A DNA stretch of 64,000 nucleotides from Octopus vulgaris. Taxonomy: Eukaryota. The notes beneath the pieces were generated by a model. The model did not search any database, was not told the origin of the DNA, and worked only from the letters and a program-made list of their open reading frames with translations. Positions 1 to 11,308 of the stretch are shown here, in pieces; the stretch's first letter is position 1; every line of letters begins with the position of its first letter. The position numbers were made by a program, and so were the translations under genes. Location: the NCBI GenBank assembly GCA_951406725.2, contig OX597821.1, positions 51,398,001 to 51,462,000 of the forward strand, written 5' to 3'.

Positions 1-197
1 GCTAGATCACTGGTTTTAAATTGATATTAATCAAATTAATATTCAATTTTTCACCATTATTATTTTAAATATATATATATATATATAAAGAGCAAATATT
101 CAGAAATGAGTACTTAAATACCGTGTCATTATTGGTGGTTTAAATGAGGGTCATAACTGTTACCTCTAGCAATCAGACGCATGTGTATGCCCTTATG

Positions 198-239
<42 letters not shown>

Positions 240-246
<7 letters not shown>

Positions 247-603
247 TATAAACGGCAAAATGTCTGCCTCTGTGTGTGTGTATCTTTTATATAAATCCAC
301 AATTTTTCAGTTAGAGGGTTCGTACTTTCTATGGTCATTTAAAACCGTCCAAGGATGGTCGTGCACATCTTTACATTTCCCCAGTGACCCCGCAAAGCCA
401 TTAGAAATCAATAGAAGTGACTTTCTTGTGAATTTTCTATCCAAAACCCAATCAAAATGCCCGAAACTTGATACGCCAATTGAATGCCAGCTAACTGTAT
501 GTGATTGGTGGGAGATTTGGACAGTACTCGCGTGTATGTGCGCACGCAGCTGTATATGCATGCACTAGCACTATGACCCGGCAACGCCGGGTCATAGTGC
601 TAG
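240..603 (+). mobile_element. Non-autonomous Helitron (5' end lost in TA tract)
   Basis: TATATATAAA...TGTCTG...TGTGTG start; ends with CCCGGCAACGCCGGG hairpin + CTAG followed by T, the same terminal motif as 52706-53222. Confidence 0.7.
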
Positions 604-1043
604 TACATATATATTCCTCTGTAAATTTTGGGTTTAAGATATGGATTCAGAGAATCATGTGCCTATCACAGAAAGCTTATGTAAACGACTTGGATAACAG
701 AGCACATTATAACCCAGTGGTATTACACAAAATACCCATATTGCTGAAATCCAATATATCCGATCGATATAAATACATCATGGGGTGTGTTTATTAATCA
801 AAAAATGTCAGGAAGTAAGAAATATGAATATATTTATTAAACAAGTTTAAATCCCTATGGGTACGCCGATTAGCAGACTCCTTCATTTAGTAACAATTCC
901 ACTGTTTACATGTCTGTATAAGCATGCATGATATTATACAATACATTTGTAAATCCACAAATCATCGCAAATAAATGAAGCTAGTAGATCAGATTACTAG
1001 GGCATCAGGGTTACACTAACAATTGAACTCAACCTCCGGTTAG

Positions 1044-1075
<32 letters not shown>

Positions 1076-1095
1076 CACACACATACATATATATG

Positions 1096-1153
<58 letters not shown>

Positions 1154-1384
1154 TGCACGTAGACATACACACTCACACAGACGCGCATATATATTAATGC
1201 GGCTCTGTGTATCTTAAATAGGATTGTATAGGAACAATCCTGTTGAAATTCGTAATGCATTTGACTATACAGTCACTCGATCAGAACTTAGCCTACAGTA
1301 AACAGCGAGACAATAACAGCAGCAGCAACAGCAGCAGCAACAACAAATGTAGCCTGTAGCTTGAAGCATCAAAGCGGGAATTAA

Positions 1385-1945
1385 TTTGTGTTTGGATTTG
1401 TTTTACTGGTAAAACGACTCTAATAGCTGTCCCTGCATAATGTTTATTTGTAAACTACTTTAAAATAGCTTCACTGAGCAGGAATCTTGTCAAAATCATT
1501 GTGATTATGACCAGCCCGTCGGTTTGTGTATCTTGAACAGGTTTGTCAATTTTCAGATTCAGTGAGGCATAGAACAGACGATTCTCCGCCACTATACCCT
1601 CTGAATTCATATACTAATCAGTCAAATTTCCTTTACAAAATTTTTGCAATTCATATAATACCACGCACCGTTTCTTAAACTTTCCTCCCTTTCTTCCTCC
1701 TCTCTCTCTTTGCAGCTAACTGTCTCTCTGTTATACTGTCTGTTTGCCTGAGGAAACTGTTTTAGTAAGACCAGGGGGTATTTCACTCTACTATGTCTGA
1801 AAATGTGCAAGACATGTCATATACCATGACGTTAAAAAAATAAAGTTGGAAAAAATCATAAGAGTATATTTTAGAGAATGGTTTTGATGTTTTTGTTACA
1901 GTGAAAGATTTAAAATATAACCGGTTTCGATGTATCCATCTCTTT
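1385..1945 (-). pseudogene. Highly decayed PLE endonuclease remnant and HHR half
   Basis: Minus strand LVYEFRG... and LLESF... resemble the start and end of a GIY-YIG domain; GATG gata CATC-GAAACCGGTT lies at ~1919-1940. Confidence 0.35.
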
Positions 1946-2172
1946 ACTCTTTTCTCTTTTACTCTTTTACTTGTTTCAATCATGGGACTGTGGCCATGCT
2001 TGAGCACTGTCTTTAGTCGAGCAAATTGACCCCAGGACTTATTCTATCGGTCTTCAATGGGCGAACCGCTAAGTTACGGGGACATAAATACACCAGCATC
2101 AGTTGTCAAGTGATGTGGGGGGGTGCAAACGCAGACACACAAATATATACACACAGACATACACACACACAC

Positions 2173-2249
<77 letters not shown>

Positions 2250-2424
2250 CATATACATATATACGACGGGCTTTCAGTTTCTGTGTACCAAATCCACTGA
2301 CAAGGCTTTGGTCGGCCCGAGGCTATAGTAGAAGACACTTACCCAAGGTGCCACACAGTGGGACTGAACCCGAAACCATGTTGCTCGTAAGCAAGCTACT
2401 TACCACAGAGCCACTCCTACGCGT
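1943..2424 (-). mobile_element. SINE family B (tRNA head, internal CA/TA microsatellite)
   Basis: Minus-strand head GGAGTGGCTCTGTGGTAAGTAGCTTGCTT...GGGTTCAGTCCCAC (A/B boxes). Homologous segments recur at 10685-10805, 30030-30190, 38388-39718, 46430-46620, 51905-52650, 57050-57320 and 58765-58980. Confidence 0.85.
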
Positions 2425-3678
2425 CTCATCAAATATTAGAAAGAATTTTTTTGCAAAATATATCAAACACATCGTCGCCTACAATTGCTTTGCTTGAAGA
2501 CGGTAGGATGTGATTTGAGGAAATATACCCGGAAAGTGACCCTGGAGAGATTCGCACTCTGATTCGGAACTGTGAAATTATTTTAACATGTCAAGTGGTG
2601 GAAAGCTATGGCCTTATTTTTCATACCAAATTTGTTCTCTACAATGTTTTCAATACTTATCGATTTCCATAAGAAAAATTGAATTCCTTTGGCAAGAGTT
2701 ACTAATACGATTAACTTCCAAGAAAATTCTCCTCTGCAGAAAATTTTAATATAATTATTAAAACTAGTATCCATACGTTAGATAAACACGCGATAGACTT
2801 TAGATTAAAAGAGAAAAAAGAGAAAATGAGAGGCAGTGAGAGAAAGAGAGGGAAAGAAGATGGAAGAGAGAGGGAGAAAAGGTGGGTGAGAGAATGAGAG
2901 AAAGTGGGAGAGAAAAGGGAGGAAGGTTGCAGATAGATGAAGAGATGGCGGAAAGAGGGAAATAGGGAAAGAAGGTGAGAAAGAGGCGAGGAGAAAGTGG
3001 AGTATGTATGAGTGCTAATATTCTTTCATTCTTTACTTGTTCAGTAAGTCGATTGTAGTCATACAGGAGTTTGACACTAGTACTTATATCAGGATAATGC
3101 CTATTTTATTGATTCGAAGATATCGGATAATTAGATAACACATTTGACATAGAGGGACGCAATACAGTACATAAGTTTAGTATATTAAATATCAACAGAG
3201 ACACAGACATTTAAAGATGCACACACACACGCACGCAGAAGCACACACACACACACACACACACGTACGCACACACATACAGGGCATTTTAGCCCAACTT
3301 TTATTATAGCTTTATTTGCTCCGAGATCCAACATTGCAGAAAAGAATTTCTTATGTCTGTGTGTGTGTGTGTACACACACATGCACACACCCATATATAT
3401 ATATATACACAAAAATATGTATACAAAACCTTATATGTGTATGCATATGATGGACGTTCGGATCATTCTACGTCGCCCCAATTCCTTTACACTTACAACA
3501 TATTCATAAACACAAAGCTACATTATGATTCTTCAATTATAACGTACTGTGTGACCGAATACAGATCGTTTGCTTGTATATCATAATTAATATCTTTAGT
3601 TTTGGGAAACAAACTAACGTCTTCAGTCGGACGCAATTCCTAGTCAAATATGTATGCATATAACTATGAATATGTGTT

Positions 3679-3730
<52 letters not shown>

Positions 3731-4892
3731 ACAAAGTGAAGTTATAAGGTATATAGATATTTCCAAACAAACATGATTTTTATCGAACTTTTTGTTTAAT
3801 ATTTTCTCAGATGTTTCCTTGTAAACTGTTTTTAACATTTTCTTATTATTATCAAAGAATGTATATATGCATTTTAATACTTGTGTGACAACCACTACTT
3901 AACATAACAAAGCTTATACAAAGCTTTGCATTTTACTTTTGACAATCTTTTTCTAAAAAAGTGAAATCGGTCAAGTGAAAAAAACATCTTTAAAATTGCA
4001 TTTTCAAACCTTCTTTCATATATATATATATATATATATATAGGGACAATTCACGAAAAAAAAAAGCGAAGACAGGTGGTGTAGAAAACAAACAGATGTA
4101 TTAGTATAACGCTCGGGAATTGAAAAAGTCTTTTAGGTTTTGAGCCTACGCTCTTTCACAGACAGGAAGACAGAAAGAAACAAAGGGAGAAACAAGGAGA
4201 GAAAAAAATGTGTGTAGTGGCTACCAATCTATGTGTGTGTGTGTGTATATATGTACACACACACTCACATATATATATATGGTCTTGTTGGTGCTTAAGT
4301 GGTCTCAACGTAAGTGATTAACTACACATCTAGCTGAAGCAAGTGTAGTGTGTCATTGTCGTTTGGTGCGCGTACAATTCAATAGCTTCATTAGTTAAAC
4401 ATCAATGATTATAGTTTTACATGTCCTTTCTAAACACACAAATGCACGTGCGCCCGGTTAATTGTGATTTTTCCCGTTCATGCATAAATGTATGTGAGTG
4501 TCTTTAAAATTCCGAGGAATTATAACTTATGTTTATCTAGGGAAAAGATTAACAAAACGAACGAATATATTAATATTGGAACATATACATTTGAATAATC
4601 CATATAGACTCTGTTGCATGCTGTGATGCATATGTCTGTGTGTGTCTTATTACGTATGTACCAGTATATGTATACAGTGTATTTACACACATATACAGTA
4701 TATTTATACATAAGTGTATGTCTATATCTATAAGTATACAGGCACCACATACGCATATATATACATATATATACCTATCGATATCTATATGTGTATGTAT
4801 GAACGTAAGCACGAGGGCATACATATTTACACACATATATATCTATATAATGTGTATATCTATATCTATAAATATAAAGGCACCACCACATA

Positions 4893-4936
<44 letters not shown>

Positions 4937-4937
<1 letters not shown>

Positions 4938-5453
4938 CGACGTATATTTGCCATTTAAATATGGCAAACTCCTAAGGGTGGATGCTACTGTAGTTTGTAG
5001 CCCCAGGAGGACACCTCCTCCAGCTGGCTATAGTCACACTTTTTGTGCCCTATCAGTATTTGCAAAGGGAAGCCATCCTTCCCGTCTCCAACTTATGATA
5101 TACACGGAATCGAGTTTCTGGAGTTACGATACTGGAAAAAGTATATGTATTTGTGAAGGGAACCTACTTTTCCTCGACAACTGTGATTGTCACACGCCGA
5201 TGATGGGTTAATACCCAGAAACTCGAGTCCGTGTGTATCATAAATTGGAGACGGGAAGGATGGCTTCCCTTTGCAAATACTGATAGGGAACAGAAAGTGT
5301 GTCTATAGCCAGCTGGAGGTGTCCTTCTACAAACTATAGTAGCATCCCCCCTTAGGGTTTAGTCATATTTAAATGGCAAATATACGTCACGATGTGTTGC
5401 AGCTACTGTTTATAACTCGCTCTAAGATTTATTATTGATTATATTATTGATTA
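4937..5453 (+). mobile_element. Non-autonomous PLE-type fold-back element (IR 4937-5125 / 5210-5390 + tail) in (TA)n
   Basis: Diverged ~185-bp inverted arms, unmirrored tail 5391-5453, TA-rich flanks, HHR inside. Confidence 0.8.
5191..5235 (+). ncRNA. Minimal type I hammerhead ribozyme (U4->C variant)
   Basis: CACACG-CCGATGA-TGGGT taat ACCCA-GAAA-C tcga G-TC-CGTGTG: 6-bp stem I, 5-bp stem II, palindromic CTCGAG stem III, GUC cleavage triplet (after 5229). Confidence 0.85.
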
Positions 5454-5479
5454 TATATAGAAGGAGCAATTCAACAGAA

Positions 5480-5748
5480 CAGCTTGTTCGTGAAATTAAC
5501 GTGCAAGTGGCTGAGCACAACACAGACACGTGAACCCTTAACGTAGTCCTCGGGGAGATGCAGCATGACAGAGAGTGTAACAAGGCCAGCCCTTTGAAAT
5601 ACTGGTACTACTCATTTTTGCCAGGTGAGTGGACTGGAGCAACATGAAATTAAGTGTCTTGATGAAGGACACAACGCGTCGCCCGGATTTGAGTACACGA
5701 CCTTACAATCGTGAGCTGAATGCCCTATCCACCAAGCCACGCGCCTTC
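5480..5748 (-). mobile_element. SINE family C-related copy
   Basis: Shares the head and core with 59480-59605 but has a different 3' body. Confidence 0.75.
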
Positions 5749-5767
5749 ATATATATATACATATATG

Positions 5768-6110
5768 TCAAAAAAAGTCAAGATAGAAAATGCTAAAATA
5801 ATTTTATAAAAAACATTTCAGTACCAGTTTCGGTCATTGAGATTTTTTCAACTGTAACAATTAAATAATTAAATTCAGAAAAATTAAAAGAAAAGTTCTT
5901 TTAAAATAATATTTGTATAGTGTTCAAGTACAAGTGGCATTTTCCTTGTTTCTGCCTGTCTCTGCCTCTTGTTTACTCATCTGGGTTCGAGGTCGTTGTG
6001 AATTCTTGGTAGGGAGGAAGAAGAAGGAAAAGAAGAAGAAGGAGGAGGAGGAGAATGGGAAGGAGAATAATAATAATTTGGGAGTGCCATGATAGTAGTA
6101 ATTTGAATGG
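5768..6110 (-). mobile_element. PLE pLTR-like fragment with HHR-like motif (5816-5857)
   Basis: Minus strand: ttacag-TTGAAAA-aatc tcaat gacc-GAAA-c tg g-TA-ctgaaa, next to TA repeats. Confidence 0.45.
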
Positions 6111-6201
6111 TCAGTGGATGGTAGCAATCGCTGTTCAATTCATGAAAATATTTCTTTTGAATTTTTTGTTTATGGAATTTGCGTAGGTGTTGTTCTAAAA
6201 A

Positions 6202-6257
<56 letters not shown>

Positions 6258-6259
<2 letters not shown>

Positions 6260-6460
6260 CGGGAAGCTTTATGAAAATAAACAAAAGACGAAGACAGGTG
6301 GAGTACAAACAAACAATTGTATTAGTATGGCGCTCAGGAATATAAATAAAACAAGTCTTTTACGTTTCGAGCCTACGCTCTTCAACAGAAAGATACACAG
6401 AAAAGAAAGAAGAGAGAAACAAGGAGAGAAAAAATGCGTGCAGAAGCTAGCGATTCAACA
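6258..6460 (-). mobile_element. PLE pLTR-like fragment with minimal HHR (6356-6393); paralogous decayed copy at 4024-4230
   Basis: Minus strand: TCTTT-CTGTTGAA-GAGC gtag GCTC-GAAACGTA-AAAGA. The copy at 4024-4230 shares GAAGACAGGTGG...GAGCCTACGCTC...AAACAAGGAGAGAAAAAA. Confidence 0.65.
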
Positions 6461-7569
6461 CACACATATATATATATTGTTATATTTCGGAATGGTCATA
6501 TTGCCAGTTTAGCCAATAAAAACACACGCACTATATATTTGGTGTTATTTTGCTTCAGTGATATTTATTTTTTACATTAATCTTAATCTTATTTCGGCCA
6601 AAGTTCTTTCGTCACACTCCTGTGACCGCATCAGTGGTCCTTTGTTTTCTTCTCACTTACTTGTGTCTCTCCTTACTAACCGTCAGCCATTTTATATTTC
6701 TATTGTATGTCTTCATTTGCGCATGTTTATATCTCTATGTGCGTCTATGTTTATTTAGTGTGTGTGTGGGGGGGATGCCTGTAATATTTGTATCTTCTGG
6801 TTATATACATTCTTGTAATTTGTATTTTGTTTTTGTTGTTGTTGCTTTTGTTCTAATTTTGTTCATGTGTTTACATCGACCCATTATTATCATTACATAT
6901 GCTTGTATGTATGTATAACAACAATATTAGTAATAATAATAATAAATCTAATGGAAAAAAAAAAAAAAAAAAGGAATATACATATACATATATATATATA
7001 CATACACATACATATACATATATATATATATACATATACACACACATATATACACATATACATATACATATATATAGATATTCATTTCTATTTCTTTAAT
7101 TACCTGTGTATTTATTATGTTTGCAGGATCCACTATTGTCATATGTTGTGGTGTGCGCTATTGCTCCATTCTAGTTTTCTATTCAGGCTAGGTTTATTTT
7201 CTATTATATGTGTAGCTTCTGTAATTTGTCTAATTGTTGCATCTGTTCTATGTGTGGACAATATCTTAATCTCTATGTTATTGATTGATCCCCCGTGTTC
7301 TTGTTCGGCGTGTTGGTACAGAATCGATGAGCTTTTACCTTCCTTGAGTTGTCTCCAATGTTCATTCACCCGCTCACCAATGCTTCTTGCAGTTTCCCCT
7401 ACGTATGTTACTGTCTTGTTACTGCATCGTCCCTCTATACATCTTATACTATAGACCACATTTCTGGCTTTACAGTTCGTTTGTGGGCTAAATCTACATA
7501 CAGTGCAATAGTTATCCGTACAGAGAGTTCTACTAAAAGGATAGCTTCTACCAATTATAGATCTGATAG

Positions 7570-8701
7570 CTATGATATCAATATAGTAGTAAAGGCACCC
7601 CCACAAGAGAGTACTGTTGATATAGTAATAGAAACTAATACTATGGAGAGCATCCAGCAAATAGCTAACTCCATCCACCAGAGTATTAAGGTCACAATAG
7701 ACTACCCCACTAAACACCCCAACCATAGACTACCAGTACTAGACACTGAACTCTGGCTAGAAATTGTGAAAAATAAAACCCAAATCCTTCATTCATACTA
7801 TGCAAAACCTATGGCCTCAAAATACCTGATCCACCGGAACTCAGCCATTGCGGGCAATGCCAAATTCAATATTTTGATGGCAGACCTCGTCAGAATAATG
7901 AGAAATGTGTCACGCATGTGCGAGCCTACAGAATTAAAAAGACACATACAGTACTTCATTCACCGCATGCAGTTCTCAGGTTACAGCCATAAAGAAAGGA
8001 TCAGAGTATACAAAGGAGCCATGAAGAAATTTGATAATATATTATGTAATGATAGGAATGGGATTTGCCCACTCTATAGGAACAAGTCATGGAACACTAT
8101 AGAAAGGACAAAAAAGAAAATAGGGAAGGCCAACTCTTGGTATGATAGCCATAAATACCAGAGTGTCATGTTCGTTGACACCACCCCTGGAGGTGAACTA
8201 GCGTACCGCTTTAGAAGGACCCTAGATAAACTTAAACTAAGAATTAAGGTTGTTGAAAAGCCAGGCAACCCTATCAGATCTATAATTGGTAGAAGCTATC
8301 CTTTTAGTAGAACTCTCTGTACGGATAACTATTGCACTGTATGTAGATTTAGCCCACAAACGAACTGTAAAGCCAGAAATGTGGTCTATAGTATAAGATG
8401 TATAGAGGGACGATGCAGTAACAAGACAGTAACATACGTAGGGGAAACTGCAAGAAGCATTGGTGAGCGGGTGAATGAACATTGGAGACAACTCAAGGAA
8501 GGTAAAAGCTCATCGATTCTGTACCAACACGCCGAACAAGAACACGGGGGATCAATCAATAACATAGAGATTAAGATATTGTCCACACATAGAACAGATG
8601 CAACAATTAGACAAATTACAGAAGCTACACATATAATAGAAAATAAACCTAGCCTGAATAGAAAACTAGAATGGAGCAATAGCGCACACCACAACATATG
8701 A
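7570..8701 (+). CDS. PLE polyprotein C-terminal part: end of RT, thumb, Cys-rich linker and GIY-YIG endonuclease (open frame, 5'-truncated)
   Basis: Genuine part of ORF 7349..8701: DINIVV (residues just after the RT YxDD motif), LPVLD..., YYAKPMASKYLIHRNSA, CTDNYCTVC linker, VVYSIRC...C...YVGETARSIGERVNEH...H...H (GIY-YIG with CCHH), E...I...KPSLN. 7349-7569 is antisense sequence from the inverted arm. Confidence 0.88.
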
Positions 8702-9199
8702 CAATAGTGGATCCTGCAAACATAATAAATACACAGGTAATTAAAGAAATAGAAATGAATATCTATATATATGTATATGTATATGTGTATATATGTGTGT
8801 GTATATGTATATATATATATATATGTATATGTATGTGTATGTATATATATATGTATATGTATATTCCTTTTTTTTTTTTTTTTTTCCATTAGATTTATTA
8901 TTATTATTACTAATATTGTTGTTATACATACATACAAGCATATGTAATGATAATAATGGGTCGATGTAAACACATGAACAAAATTAGAACAAAAGCAACA
9001 ACAACAAAAACAAAATACAAATTACAAGAATGTATATAACCAGAAGATACAAATATTACAGGCATCCCCCCCACACACACACTAAATAAACATAGACGCA
9101 CATAGAGATATAAACATGCGCAAATGAAGACATACAATAGAAATATAAAATGGCTGACGGTTAGTAAGGAGAGACACAAGTAAGTGAGAAGAAAACAAA

Positions 9200-9245
9200 G
9201 GACCACTGATGCGGTCACAGGAGTGTGACGAAAGAACTTTGGCCG
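9200..9245 (+). ncRNA. Hammerhead-ribozyme-like motif in the PLE pseudo-LTR (mirror copy 6596-6640, minus strand)
   Basis: gacca-CTGATGCG-GTCACA ggag TGTGAC-GAAA-g aa c-TT-tggcc: perfect 6-bp stem II, minimal stem III, imperfect stem I. The core is non-canonical (C at position 9 plus an extra G). Confidence 0.6.
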
Positions 9246-9514
9246 AAATAAGATTAAGATTAATGTAAAAAATAAATATCACTGAAGCAAAATAACACCA
9301 AATATATAGTGCGTGTGTTTTTATTGGCTAAACTGGCAATATGACCATTCCGAAATATAACAATATCTGTTTCAACACACGACTTCACATAAAAAATCTT
9401 GCACAACAAATATTTAAACGTATATATATATATATATATATATATACATACACCTATCTATATCTATATGTGTATGTGTGCGTTCATGTTTATGTGTGTA
9501 TGTGTGCGTGTGTG

Positions 9515-9551
<37 letters not shown>

Positions 9552-10161
9552 TGTAGTTGTAGTTTTAGTAGTAGTAGTAGTAGTAGTATATCTATTGCCG
9601 CTTTATATTAACTATACTGCATCTGCTACTGATATTTCTAGCCTCATTCTGACGTCGGCATGAGACTCAATATTTTGACTGAAACTGAAAAAGCATTAGA
9701 TTTGATGTGAACGACTATAATACCCGTAGCCTCTCCTTATGCAACTGTTATTAATATGAAAATAGAAGTATTTTCAGCAGTACAATTGATTAAATCCAGT
9801 TCTGAATTGTTTGCTATAGAATTTACTATGAGTAGACGCATGGGAAACGGAACCTACTGCAGCGAATTTGAGAGATTTTACAAACAAGCCTGCTATTACA
9901 GGGTCACCCGACCTCTAGACATAGTAGTTCGCGCTTCTTCAAATTATTACGTACTGTCCTAAATATTGGAGGCACATAACAGATAATGTAATCTATAAAA
10001 CAGGAAATGCGGGAAGGGTATGGCTGGAATACTTTTGTTTACTGCAGATAACAAGGCGTTAATTACAATTATTATTGCTATTATTATTTTTATTATAAAC
10101 GGGTACATACGTACAAACACACGCACTCAGTCTTAATCACCCACGCACGGGTGCATGCACG

Positions 10162-10370
<209 letters not shown>

Positions 10371-10544
10371 GCTATCAAATCACTAAGTCCGTAAGAGAGA
10401 GAATTGCTGACTAAATATTTTTTCTGTATGCTATTTGATCCTGTGTATGATGCATCGATTTTTGAACTACACTTGTCAAATAATGTGTCTTGTTCAACGA
10501 ATAGTTGTTTTTCAGGAATCAAATAAATATCGTTCACTCTCGAA

Positions 10545-10604
<60 letters not shown>

Positions 10605-10805
10605 AACACACACACACATAGATATATAGATATAGATATAAATATATACATACATATCATATGATTTTTTTAACGTCTATCTTTTAATTGTTTCTGTCAT
10701 TAGACTGCGGCCATGCTGGTGCAGCGCCTTGAAATTATTTAGTGGAATGAATCGAATACTGTGCTTAAATTTTTTATAAGCTTGGTACTCAGTCTATCGG
10801 TCTCG

Positions 10806-10872
<67 letters not shown>

Positions 10873-11091
10873 GTGTGTGTGTGTGTGTGTGCATGTGTGT
10901 ATGTGTGTGTGTGTATACATGCATAGTTACATGCACACACATGGTGCTGGTTTTCAGATAGAACTATCCATGTTTCCCGAGCCCTAACATTGCTAGGAGT
11001 GTTCGTTAAATGATATTTATCTCTCACTAGATGGAGTTGCTCCTACCTTAATGGAACAGTAAACTCTGTTTGCATATATATATATATATAT

Positions 11092-11308
11092 TTCTTTACT
11101 ACCCACAAGGGGCTAAACACAGAGGGGACAAACAAGGACGAACAAAGGGATTAAGTCGATTACATCGACCCCAGTGCGTAACTGGTACTTAATTTATCGA
11201 CCCCGAAAGGATGAAAGGCAAAGTCGACCTCGGCGGAATTTGAACTCGGAACGTAACGACAGACGAAATACGGCTACGAATTTCGCCCGGCGTGCTAACG
11301 TTTCTACC
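11092..11308 (-). mobile_element. SINE family A (tRNA-derived head, Meta/MESC-like central domain)
   Basis: GAGTTCAAATTCC B-box and GGTCGACTTTGCCTTTCATCCTTTCGGGGTCGATAAATTAAGTACC core. Other copies at ~19716-19850, 19928-20125, 21875-21990, 28355-28560, 39755-39890, 46037-46220, 55291-55506, 60270-60460, 60960-61147 and 61162-61360. Confidence 0.85.

Larger units (their letters stand above)
6474..9420 (+). mobile_element. Penelope-like retroelement (C-terminal GIY-YIG type), 5'-truncated, with inverted pseudo-LTR
   Basis: Arms 6474-7569 and 8271-9366 are near-identical reverse complements (mirror ORFs pair at coordinate sum 15840). A ~54-nt tail (9367-9420) is not mirrored. Both ends abut TA-rich microsatellite, and the element contains an RT-thumb + GIY-YIG ORF. 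Confidence 0.93.

Noticed and set aside
1555-1680. Possible plus-strand exon after TTTTCAG at ~1556
   Set aside because: No receptor-GC similarity and no good donor before a stop; better explained as antisense to a decayed PLE.
3590-3640. CTGAAGA on the minus strand followed by a hairpin
   Set aside because: No GAAA/NUH in the correct position, so an HHR cannot be assembled.
7139-7726. Minus-strand 195-aa ORF with a GIY-YIG domain as a separate gene
   Set aside because: It is the inverted copy of the PLE 3' end fused to antisense sequence, with no independent start. Likewise the first ~74 aa of ORF 7349..8701 are antisense filler.
6454-9380. TTCAACACAC on both sides of the PLE as a target-site duplication
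   Set aside because: The copies are offset from the IR ends, and the right one lies within the element's tail. It is low-complexity and likely coincidental.
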